64,000 nt of DNA, taken from contig NC_088803.1 of the NCBI RefSeq assembly GCF_011386835.1, positions 11,780,001 through 11,844,000 on the forward strand, in the 5' to 3' direction. Below, piece by piece: positions 34,159 through 45,355 of the stretch. The notes beneath the pieces were generated by a model. It was given only the letters and a program-made list of their open reading frames with translations, did not search any database and was not told where the DNA came from. The translations under genes and the position numbers were made by a program. Origin of the DNA: Chrysemys picta bellii (lineage: Eukaryota). Numbering within the stretch: position 1 is the first letter of the stretch; each line of letters begins with the position of its first letter.

Positions 34159-34800
34159 TGTAGTTCATTTTATCATTGTGTTATTTGGTTTTATGCTCAT
34201 TTCATATGCTATTTCATATATAGTCAATCTATGTTAAATAGATTTACGTTGTAGGATTATAGCAGTAAAAAACTGAAAAGTATTTCGGATGATGAGTGTG
34301 TATTAGGTATATAAGTAAAGCATGGGTGGAACACAAGACCTACAGGCTGAGACCTGTAACAATTTAGCTGAGCCAGACTAGACCATAGGCTTAAGAATGC
34401 TTGATATGGGTGGATGACATAGTAATAGCCCTATACCAGGAAGGTCACAAGATAACTGTAAAAGATCTGTCAATAGGTGATGTTACGGAAAAATAGATTG
34501 CAATAGATCCCAACGTACTGCCCAAAATTACGAGATGCCTGAGTGTAAAATGAAATGTCCTGTCCTGACAGCAAGATACATGTTGAATGTAGATGATAAT
34601 AAGTGTAGTAGAAAGAGAGCCCGAGACATAAGGCCTTGTATCAGAGGCTCATGTGAGGCCTAAGGCCTGAACTAAAGTAGTGGTCCTGCTTTGCTGATAT
34701 AAAGCAAAGAAGCAAAGTTAGCAGAAGTCAGGCTCTGCCTACTTGTGAGCTCACAGCACAGGGCTGGTATTACAAAAACACACACATTCCTGAGAAGCGC
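34159..34800 (+). mobile_element. ERV-type LTR, 3'-truncated copy of the 21406 family without the CR1
   Basis: Same start TGTAGTTCATTTT. Reads through the CR1 site (GTAGTAGAAAGAGAGCCCGAGAC), then jumps to sequence equivalent to about 26600. Confidence 0.8.
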
Positions 34801-35698
34801 ACTTATGCTAGGTTCTCAACTCATCAGCCATCATCTCTCTTTGGCAGAAACCAATCTCTTCTTCCTCCTGAACAGGTTTTTGCACAGTTCCCTGCCTATG
34901 GTATGACAACCCCAAAAAGCCAGGCCATGTGAAAGGCCAGCGTCTCCTTTGCTGTCTCTTTGAAGGCTATGGACAACTGTAAAAGGCTAGTGCCAAGTGT
35001 GTTAGGTGTTTACGGGATTCGGCATCAGCTGAGCGGGGATTTCTTGAATACCAGTGGGACTTGATTCTGGCATTTAAAGACCTAAGTCCCGTCGTGAATC
35101 TAGCCCTTCTTGCTCTCGTTTCAAGTAGAGGCAAAGGTAGTCTTACATTTCAGACAAGCGAACTGCAAGCTTGAGTCTCTGATGTCAGCACTTCCGTCAG
35201 GATTTCAGGCCCAGGAGATGGTCTTCAGTCAAGTAATTGAATTCTTTCAGTAAAGGTCTCCCCTTTGTGTCAGCCATCTTTTTTTTATTATGAAATTGTA
35301 TTGCCTTTGAGTTTCTCATGAAATGAAAGGAAATATAACACCTTTGAAATTTTGTGAACATTCTTCTAATCTTTATACATCTGCTTTTTAATAAATGGAT
35401 TCATTAGTTGCTTCCTAGAAAGCTAAAACAGGGTAGAGATGACAAACAGGTTACTCTCGAATTATATGTGTGTGGCGGAGCAGTATAGAGACTGTAGTGA
35501 AGGTTGGGTCAAGGTTTTCAGTAGAACAAGAGTCATTTCCCTTGCTCCATTCTATGTCCAAGTGATTATCTAGGACATTACAACTACAATGTATCATGTC
35601 CTTTGCTCTTTTTCTGGTGCATAATAAGTATAACCAGTTTGTTTCCTTCTTCTTTCTTTGCCACATCATCCCTCCACAGACTGTATTCAATGCAAGAA

Positions 35699-36170
35699 AT
35701 GTCTTGTCAAACCACAGTGACCGAGTTCATTCTGCAGGGATTCCCTATATATTGAGAACTGTAGATTTTACATTTTATGGCCTTTCTAGTGGTTTACCTG
35801 GCCGATGTGATGAGAAATATTCTTACCCTCATGGGCCTAGCCCTTGAACACCATCTTCACACCTCAGTGTACTTGTTCCTGGTTAATTGATCCTTCTTAG
35901 ACCCTTGATACTCCTCTGTCCCCATCCAGAAATCCATGGCTGACACTTTCATCAACACCAGATTGATCTCTTTCTCTGGATGTGTTGCACAAGACTTCAC
36001 AGTTGCCACTTTTATTGCTATGGAGAGGAATCTTCTTTCTTCTTGTACAGCAATGGCTTATGTCTGTTACTCTGCCATTTGCCACTCTCTGCTTTAGAGG
36101 ACTTTCAGAAATGATGGCAAATGTGCTCAGATGTCGGCTGGTTCTTGGAGACAGTGAGTTGTGGGGAAGG
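35699..36170 (+). pseudogene. OR14-like pseudogene (stop in codon 19, frameshifts, truncated at TM4)
   Basis: ATG TCT TGT CAA ACC ACA GTG ACC GAG TTC ... ATA TAT TGA. Later sequence gives NTRLISFSGCVAQ and AMAYVC. Confidence 0.9.
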
Positions 36171-36375
36171 GGCAGCTGTACTGTGTAATGGGAACTGGGA
36201 GTAGAAGAGGGATGGGGTGGGGAAAGGGTGGCTATACTTTATAATGGACACTCGGGCAGCAGAGGGTTAGAGCTAGGCAAGTGGCAGCTATACTGTATAA
36301 TGGACACTAGGGGAAGCAGAGGGTGATTGGTGGGGAAGGGCAGCTATACTGTAGGGGCAGCAGAGGTTTTGGGAT
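36160..36375. repeat. G-rich minisatellite, about 55-bp unit, about 4 copies
   Basis: Repeats of GGCAGCTATACTGTATAATGGACACTAGGGGCAGCAGAGGG. Also at 44712-44925, and as a single unit at 27795-27845. Confidence 0.8.
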
Positions 36376-39300
36376 TCACGGCACATTAAGGGCCTAGGCC
36401 TTTTGAAAATCCTACTAGATGCCTATTTGCATCTGTAGATGCCCAAATATCTTTAAACATTTTTCCCATAACACTCATTGAAAGTCAATGTGACTTAGGC
36501 ACTTAACTCACTTACACACTTTTGTAAATCCCCTGAGATACCAATGTCCATCTGTCGGTGTCTAATACCTTTGTAAATCTGCACTTTTTCTCTTTCTACC
36601 TGAATTATCTGTGTTTAAATTGAGGATAATACTCTTCTCTACCTCTCACAGCAGCTTGGAGGATAAATACTTTTAAAATTTTGGGATGCTCAGAGACTTT
36701 GTTGATGGGGGACAGGTAATGGTGACATAGACAGGACAATGGAGTGTATCTCATCAAACTTGTGAAGAGACTGAAGTCAAGCGTTTTACTGTCTGCATGA
36801 TTTTCCTTTGAGGTTAGATGTTCTCCATCATTAAACTTGTTTTTTATACACTCTTTGATGGGTTTCTCATAAATGGTCCCTTCCCACCTGTTTAAAATTC
36901 CCAGCAGCAGAAATGCCCAGGGAGATCTCACCCTCTCACAGAAAGGATAATTTATCCCAGATAAATATAGAATCGAGAAAGCCTTTTGCACTATCACAAG
37001 AAAAAAAAAAAACAAGAGAGAATATACCATCCAAATCAACAGATCTGAGAACACCGTGGGAACAAGCCAGCCTCTAGATCCATGGTGCCGTATATCCTAG
37101 GTGAGTGCTCTCACTGCTAGCATAAAACTTATGAGGGAGCTACTTCTGGTCAGAAGAAACCCGTGACTCTAAAGAGGGTTCACAGCTGAGAATGCAAAGC
37201 CCAGACCAGTGTTTCTGTCCAGTCCAGACTGAGGCATCCAACTCCCTAAGAGTGCTTGGGACACAGTACACCTATCCTTGACATCTTAGATGGCTCCCCG
37301 CTGAGCGAGCTGGCTTTTGTGAATCCCATTTTGAGGTGCCTATCTCTCCCACCATTCATTCTATAGAATGCCTGGCTGCTAAATTCAGGTTTTGTGAATC
37401 CCAGTGATTTTCTAGGGTGCCTATGTCCCTTTGTGGTTTTCTGGTTTGAAGCATCAGAGAAGATGAAAAACAGGCCATTCCATCTTCATTCTCTCCCCAC
37501 TGCAGGATTTTCCCTCATCGAATGTTATCAGCTATGTTTATTGAGGTATATTACAGACACTCTCTGTCTCTCTCTCTTCTCATATACTCTCTCTGTTTCT
37601 CACTTAGACCCTCTGCTGACCTGGGAATATTGGATGTATGTAGTGATAGATGAATGTAGCTCACTCTAAATGTACAAAGAGTTGAGGAAACATGAGTTAA
37701 TATTGAATCTCCTCTCACTACTTTCTTGTTAATTTAATTGAAATGTTTGGAAGATGCAAGCCTGGAAAACTAATATTCAAGATGAAGATGTTTTGACATC
37801 CATTCCTGGGATGGAGTCCAGTATACATGGGATGTTCTAGAAGTTTTGACTTGAGATTGGTTAGTTATAGACACTGAAAAAGTCCTATTTCTTACTCAAC
37901 ATTTTAATCCTGGGATAGTTTCCTTTTGTGATTTGGGGTCATCTCTATTTTTCAAGAAGTTCAGATATTGAACATTAGATCACGTCAAAAATATTTTTAT
38001 TTCACCAAAAATGTCAAAGGAAATTAATATTGTTTTTCTCAACACCTTTCCCTGAATTTTTCTGTTTTTTTTTTTTTTTCAAATCAGAATGAATATCCAA
38101 TAAAGGAATAGTTGTGGTTCTCAATAAACCCAAAACATCTTTTTACATTTTTAGAACGCTGGCAAAAATTGGTATTTGTTTTAATTTTTCAAAGGAAATT
38201 TTAACAATTTCGATGATAATCAATATTCTCAATTTAGTAAGGAAGCCATTTTTCATCACAGTACAGAACAAAGAAACACAAAAAGTTCAACAAACCTTTT
38301 TAGTTTCCCAATTCATAGTTGCATTTAATACACCTGTTAGAATCTGCAATGAAACGCAGAGCAACCTGGCCACCAGGAATTTACACAGGGTTTTAGACAA
38401 GTTATTTCAGAAGATTTGGAAAGTCTGTGGGCTAGAGGATTTAATGGGAGAACTCACCTTTGTGTAATTTCTGAGTTGGGTGTACTGTGAAACAAGTCAC
38501 ATTAAGGCACATAAGTGCTTTTGAAAATCCCTCTAGATGCCTAAGTACCTTTCAAAATCAGGCCATTAGACTTTTGAAAATGTTACCCTTTCTGCCCAAA
38601 TCCCTTATGCTTCTTTGAAAATCCCAGACTAAGTAAGCAAGTGTGATTTATCTTCTTGGTCCATAGGACTCTCACAGAAGAATCTCATGCTAAATGAAAA
38701 ATAAGGCAATAAGAAAGCATTTTTCACAGCTGAAATGTATATAATCTTGATGCAAGATGATGAGCTTCAGTTATAATGAAACTGTTTCCAGATTCAGAAG
38801 TATTCAACTAGAAGTATGGGATTCAAATGTCAGGATCTTGACCTTTAAAGATGATAGACATGTTTTTATATTTTTGTTAGCTTCACGGGTATACTATTAT
38901 ATATTTTTACGTGTAGGCTGAATGAGGAATTGGAAAGTCAGGAAATCTTATAAAAGTAGACTAAGTAGAAGTGAGGGAGGTATCTTCCATTATAGAGAAT
39001 GGTTTAAATCTTGACTGTCTCATTTTTCAATTCACTGGGCCAGATATCCAATGCAAGTGCAGTCAAGGGGTCAGATCTTCACCTGGTGTAAACTGGTGTA
39101 GCTCTGGAAAGTTATTGCAGCTCTGCTGATATAAAACAGTTTGAAGATATGGGGCCAGATTTTCAAAGGAGTTTATGAGCACCTTAAGATGCATACAGGT
39201 TCATAGTGCAATTTTCAAAAGGACCCGAGTAGGCTGGGCACAAGAAAGCTCCACTTTGAAAGCTTTGAAAGCTCCACTAAAGGGCTAGAATCACAAAGGC

Positions 39301-39997
39301 TTGTTGATATTGTCAATGTGCCTAAATTTTAGGCATCTAGAAAATCACCGGGATGATCTGCTCTGGTGTGGGGCAGCCACCTGGGGGACTTTTACAACCA
39401 AAATTTAGGCGCTGAACAATTTTAGACATCTTCGGGTTTGGGGGGCTTCTGAGTGGCGATTTTGTGAATTCCAGTGGGGCCTGATAATGGGATTTCGGTG
39501 CCTAAAGTGGCAGTTAGGCAGCTGAATCCTGTTGTGACTCCAGTCCTAGGCAGCTACCTAAATAACTTTGAAAATCAGGCCCTGGTTGCTTAAGAAAGAA
39601 AGTTGTCTGTCAGTTTTCAGTAACTCAGAAGGGATTTGGATTCTTTCCAAACAAGTGTATGGGAATAGTTGGGAAAACATGGTGTGTGCATGATACCAAT
39701 GAGATCAGAATTAGATTTGGAAGAAATGGAGATGGCACCAGTTGTGTCAACCAGGTTTGTGGCTAATGAAATGTCAAGTAACTTTTAAGCTACCATCAGA
39801 TGCCTCAAGCATCAGCAATACCAAAAACATGCATGTTCATTATCTCAGCTATCAGCTGAAACATACCGCCAGTAATCAGCAGGAAAAGGGGAGTTTAAAT
39901 TATCTTTATAAATTATAATGATTGACTCTGTATTAATTTTCTAACTTCATCAAGTACAATTGTAGAGGTTTTGTTTAATTTTCTGTAGGGACTGTTC

Positions 39998-40957
39998 ATG
40001 GAAAACAGAGACAGGAGAAATCAATCAGTGACGGAATTCAGCCTTCTGGGATTCGGGAATCTCCCTGAACTGAAGACCCTTCTCTTCCTGGTGTTTCTAG
40101 TAATCTACATTGCGACCATGGCCGGGAACATCCTCATCGCAGCACTAGTTGTGGCTGATCAGCACCTTCATACCCCCATGTATTTTTTCCTTGGGAACTT
40201 GTCTTGTTTAGAGACCTGCTACAGCTCCACTGTCCTGCCTAGAATGCTGGCCAGTCTCCTGTCTGGGGACAGAACCATTTCTGTTAGCAGCTGCATCATA
40301 CAATTTTATTTCTTTAGTGCTCTGGTGGGTACAGAATGTTTCCTCTTATCCATGATGTCATATGATCGGTATTTAGCGATATGCAAACCACTGCATTATG
40401 TAGTCCTCATGAATGATAGGTTCTGTCTCCAGCTAACTGTTGGATCTTGGATGAGTGGGTTTCTGGCTATGATCATAATAATAATATTGATGTCACAGTT
40501 AACTTTTTGTGGTCCAACAGAAATAAACAGTTTCTTTTGTGATTTCATCCCAGTAATAAAACTCTCCTGCAGTGATCTCCATGTGCTGAAGGTGGTTGCT
40601 TTCATATGCTCTTCAATATTCTCAGTGATTCCATTCATTTTAACTCTGACATCCTACATTTGCATCATCATCACCATCCTCAGAATCCCTTCCACCACTG
40701 GGAAGCAAAAGGCATTTTCCACCTGCTCTTCGCACCTCATCGTTGTTACCATTTATTATGGGACACTAATCATTGCCTATATGTTACCAAAAACTGATAC
40801 GTTGAGAAACCTGAATAAAGTATTCTCTGTCTTCTACACTGTCATTACACCTTTGCTCAACCCCCTCATCTACAGCCTGAGAAACAAAGAAGTCAAGGAG
40901 GCCCTCAGAAAAGCTCTAAGTAAATGTGTGGCTTTTGCAAGAGTCATGGAAATGTAG
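39998..40957 (+). CDS. Olfactory receptor, family 11/6-like, 319 aa, intact; recent duplicate of 31462
   Basis: Same motifs. Differs by Q26K, G107S and T135V. Confidence 0.93.
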   Translation: MENRDRRNQSVTEFSLLGFGNLPELKTLLFLVFLVIYIATMAGNILIAALVVADQHLHTPMYFFLGNLSCLETCYSSTVLPRMLASLLSGDRTISVSSCIIQFYFFSALVGTECFLLSMMSYDRYLAICKPLHYVVLMNDRFCLQLTVGSWMSGFLAMIIIIILMSQLTFCGPTEINSFFCDFIPVIKLSCSDLHVLKVVAFICSSIFSVIPFILTLTSYICIIITILRIPSTTGKQKAFSTCSSHLIVVTIYYGTLIIAYMLPKTDTLRNLNKVFSVFYTVITPLLNPLIYSLRNKEVKEALRKALSKCVAFARVMEM

Positions 40958-41420
40958 GGTTGGAAGGGACCTTGAGAGGTCATCTCGTCCAACCACCTGC
41001 ACTGAGGCAGGAACAAATAAACCTAGACCATCCCTGAGACGGGTTTGACCAGTCTGTTGTTAAAAATCTCCAGTGACTGGGATTCCACAACCTCTGTTGG
41101 AAGCTTGTTCCAGACCTTAACTAGCATTATAGATAGAATCTTTTTCTTCTATCTCACCTAAATCCCTTGCTGCAGATGAAGCCAGTTCCTTTTTGTCCTA
41201 CCTTCTGTGCACATGGAGAACAATTGATCACGCTCCTTGTTAGACCAGACCTTAACATATTTGCGGACAGTCATCAGATTCCCCCTTCAGTCTTTTTTCT
41301 CAATACTAAATATGCCCAGTTTTTTTTAAGCTTTCCTCACACATCAGGTTTTCTAAAGCTTTCATCATTTTTGTTGCTCTCCTTTGGACTCTGCATTTTG
41401 TCCGCAGCCTTCCTGAAATT
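40944..41420 (-). mobile_element. CR1 3' fragment overlapping the OR stop codon (duplicate of 32408-32885)
   Basis: Identical junction sequence. Confidence 0.85.
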
Positions 41421-41782
41421 CATATAGTCCAAGTTAATGTTTTTAAGGTAAAATAAAATGTGAAATTATTGTTATATGGGATTGTCTCTTGTTATTTGAA
41501 TATTACTTATTCATGCGAGTGGTCCTATTGAAGTCAACAATACTAGGCATGTGAATACAGGTTGTAACTGGAATTTCTCAAAGGTAGCTCAATGGATTGT
41601 TTCAAAGAAAGTTCAATGGGATTTTTTTATCTCTAGACACCCTTAAAAGTCCCAACGTCCACACACAAAAACCTGTAGAGGTGATGGATTAGGGGGCAGA
41701 GTGCAGAGGGGGAAGCCAACGGGACATGTTACATTAACTGATCATATGGCTTTGAATTTTATCCCACAAGTGTAATCTTTAC

Positions 41783-42685
41783 TGTTAGGATATAGATATT
41801 CAGGCCTGTCTCTAAGGGCGTATATTTTAAGAATTTAGGTACATGTTTCTCACGTAGCTAGTTATAGAGGTATAAAAGAAAGAATCAAAATCACTGTCTG
41901 CCGGTGTAAGGGCCTTCTCTCACTGTGACAGTCTGAGGCCCTGTTCTTAAACTAAGGCCTTCGGCTAAGCAGCAGAGGCAGCCATAAACTGGGAAGGCTA
42001 TGGTCACATCCTCACATTCCAAAGTAATCACATTGAAATAAGGCAATCTGGGGCTGTTAGAAAGGTGATCCGATCTATCACCTCCAGAGGAAGGGAAGAG
42101 CCTAAAAATTTTAAAGAAAACTGATAGCATCCTGTCTGTCAAGAACTCACTTATCAACAGCTGGGGTGTAAAATCCTCATTTCTTTGTTGTTCTATCACT
42201 GTAGTCCCCACTTACCTATTGTTTGTCTGTATAATCTTTGTCTGGTTCTGTGATTGTTTCTGTCTGCTGTATAATTAATTTTGTTGGGTGTAAATCAATT
42301 AAGGTGGTGGAATATAATTGGTTAAATAATTATGTTAAAATATGTTAGAATTGGTTAGTTTAATTTGAGTAAAAATGATTGGTTTAGGTATAGCTAAGCA
42401 GAACTCAAGTTTTACTATATAGTCTGCAGTCAATCAGGAAGTAGGGAGGGAATTGGAAGCATGTTTTGATAAGAGGAGGAATGGGAACAGGGACACAGGC
42501 AAGGCTGTATGGTTTTAGAGGTGGGAAAGGGGACACTGAGGAAGAAAATTAAAATCATTGCTTGCTGAAACTTCACCCCAATAAACATCAAATTGTTTGC
42601 ACCTTCGAACTTCAGGTATTGTTGCTCTCTCTTTATGCAAGAAGAACCAGGGAAGTAAAAGGGTAAAGAAATAAGACCTCTAACA
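41783..42685 (+). mobile_element. Solo LTR (duplicate of 33247-34135)
   Basis: TGTTAGG...CTAACA flanked by TTTAC/TCTAC. Confidence 0.85.
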
Positions 42686-42708
42686 TCTACCCATGGGTGT
42701 CACCAGGC

Positions 42709-43345
42709 TGTAGTTCATTTTATCATTGTGTTATTTGGTGTTATGCTCATTTCATGTGCTATTTCATATATAGTCAATGTATGTTAAATAGATTTACGTT
42801 GTAGGATTATAGCAGTAAAAAACTGAAAAGTATTTTGGATGATGAGTGTGTATTAGGTATATAAGTAAAGCATGGGTGGAACACAAGGCCTACAGGCTGA
42901 GACCTGTAAGAATTTAGCTGAGCCAGACTAGATCATAGGCTTAAAAATGCTTGATATGGGTGGATGACATAGGAATAGCCCTATACCAGGAAGGTCACAA
43001 GATAACTGTAAAAGATCTGTCAATAGGTGATGTTATGGAAAAATAGATTGCAATAGATTGCAATGTACTGCCCAAGATTACGAGACGCCTGAATGTAAAA
43101 TGAAATGTCCTGTCCTGACAGCAAGATACATGTTGAATGTAGATGATAATAAGTGTAGTAGAAAGAGAGCCCGAGACATAAGGCCTTGTATCAGCGGCTC
43201 ATGTGAGGCCTAAGGCCTGAACTAAAGTAGTGGTCCTCCTTTGCTGATATAAAGCAAAGAAGCAAAGTTAGCAGAAGTCAGGCTCTACCTACTTGTGAGC
43301 TCACAGCACAGGGCTGGTATTAACAAAAACACACACATTCCTGAG
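42709..43345 (+). mobile_element. ERV-type LTR, truncated (duplicate of 34159-34800)
   Basis: Direct alignment. Confidence 0.8.
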
Positions 43346-44249
43346 ATGTGCACTCATGCTAGGTTCTCAACTCATCAGCCATCATCTCTCTTTGGCAGAA
43401 ACCAATCTCTTCTTCCTCCTGAACAGGTTTTTGCACAGTTCCCTGCCTATGGTGTGACAACCCCAAAAAGCCAGGCCATGTGAAAGGCCAGTGTCTCCTT
43501 TGCTGTCTCTTTGAAGGCTATGGACAACTGAAAAAGGCAAGTGCCAAGTGTGTTAGGTGTCTACGGGATTCAGCATCAGTTGAGCGGGGATTTCATGAAT
43601 ACCAGTGGGACTTGATTCTGGCATTTAAAGACCTAAGTCCCGTCGTGAATCTAGCCCTTCTTGCTCTCGTTTCAAGTAGAGGCAAAGGTAGTCTTACATT
43701 TCAGACAAGCGAACTGCAAGCTTGAGTCTCTGATGTCAGCCCTTCCGTCAGGATTTCAGGCCGAGGAGATGGTCTTCAGTCAAGTAATTGAATTCTTTCA
43801 GTAAAGGTCTCCCCTTTGTGTCAGCCATCTTTTTTTTTATTATGAAATTGTATTGCCTTTGAGTTCCTCATGAGATGAAAGGAAATATAAAACCCTTGAA
43901 ATTTTGTGAACATTCTTCTAATCTTTATACCTCTGCTTTTTAATAAATGGATTCATAGTTGCTTCCTAGAAAGCTAAAACAGGGTAGAGTTGACAAACAG
44001 GTTACTCTCTAATTATATGTGTGTGGCGGAGCAGTATAGAGACTGTAGTGAAGGTTGGGTCAAGGTTTTCAGTTGAACAAGAGTCATTTCCCTTGCTCCA
44101 TTCTATGTCCACGTGATTATCTAGGACATTACATCTACAATGTATCATGTCCTTTCCTTTTTTTCTGGTGCATAATAAGTATAACCGGTTTGTTTCCTTC
44201 TTCTTTCTTTCCCACATCTTCCCTCCACAGACTGTATCCAATGCAAGAA

Positions 44250-44715
44250 ATGTCTAGTCAAACCACAGTGACAGAGTTCATTCTGCTGGGATTCCCTATA
44301 TATTGAGAGCTGTAGATTTTATATTTCATGGCCTTCCTAGTGGTTTACCTGGCCGATTTGATGAGAAATATTCTTACCGTCATGGGCCTAGCCCTTGAAC
44401 ACCATCTTCACACCTCGGTGTACTTGTTCCTGGTTAATTGATCCTTCTTAGACCCTTGTTACTCCTCTGTCCCCATCCAGAAATCCATGGCTGACACTTT
44501 CATCAACACCAGATTGATCTCTTTCTCTGGATGTGTTGCACAAGACTTCACAGTTGCCACTTTTATTGATATGGAGAGGAATCTTCTTTCTTCTTGTACA
44601 GCAATGGCGTATGTCTGTTACTCTGCCATTTGCCACTCTCTGCTTTAGAGGACTTTCAGAAATGAGGGCAAATGTGCTCAGATGTCAGCTGGTTCTTGGA
44701 GACAGTGAGGTGTGG
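44250..44715 (+). pseudogene. OR14-like pseudogene (duplicate of 35699-36170)
   Basis: MSSQTTVTEFILLGFPIY* and the same downstream lesions. Confidence 0.9.
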
Positions 44716-45086
44716 GGAAGGGGCAGCTGTACTGTGTAATTGGAACTGGGAGTAGAAGAGGGATGGGGTGGGGAAAGGGTGGCTATACTTTATAATGGAC
44801 ACTCGGGCAGCAGAGGGTGAGAGCTAGGCAAGTGGCAGCTATACTGTATAATGGACACTAGGGGAAGCAGAGGGTGATTGGTGGGGAAGGGCAGCTATAC
44901 TGTAGGGGCCGCAGAGGTTTTGGGATTCACTGCACATTAAGAGCCTAGGCCTTTTGAAAATCCTACTAGATGCCTATTTGCATCTGTAGATGCCCAAATA
45001 TTTTTAAACATTTGTCCCATAACACTAATTGAAAGTCAATGTGACTTAGACACCTAACTCACTTACACACTTTTGTAATCCCCTGA

Positions 45087-45355
45087 GGCTAGGTCTACAC
45101 TACCCGCCTGAATCGGCGGGTAGAAATCGACGTCTCGGGGACCCGACGGGACGCGACAATCGATCCCCGAATCGACGCTCTTACTCCACCAGCGGAGGTA
45201 GGAGTAAGCGCCATCGACAGAAAGCCGAAAGTCGATTTTGCCGCCGTCCTCACAGCGGGGTAAGTCTGCTGCGATACGTCGAATTCAGCTACGCTATTCA
45301 CGTAGCTGAATTTGCGTATCTTAAATCGACTCCCCCCTGTAGTGTAGATGTACCC
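45087..45355. mobile_element. Young PIF/Harbinger-type MITE
   Basis: TIRs GGCTAGGTCTACACT / AGTGTAGATGTACCC, 3-bp TSD TGA, CpG-rich. Empty sites CCCTGAGATACC occur at about 28007 and 36532. Confidence 0.9.

Larger units (their letters stand above)
28600..37100. repeat. Recent tandem duplication unit 1 (about 8.55 kb; boundaries approximate)
   Basis: Offsets: 31462 to 39998 is 8536, 34159 to 42709 is 8550, 35699 to 44250 is 8551. The OR CDSs differ at 7 of 960 nt. Confidence 0.92.

Noticed and set aside
36160-36375. CRISPR-like repeat array
   Set aside because: Eukaryotic DNA, degenerate contiguous units with no unique spacers, and no cas genes. It is a minisatellite.
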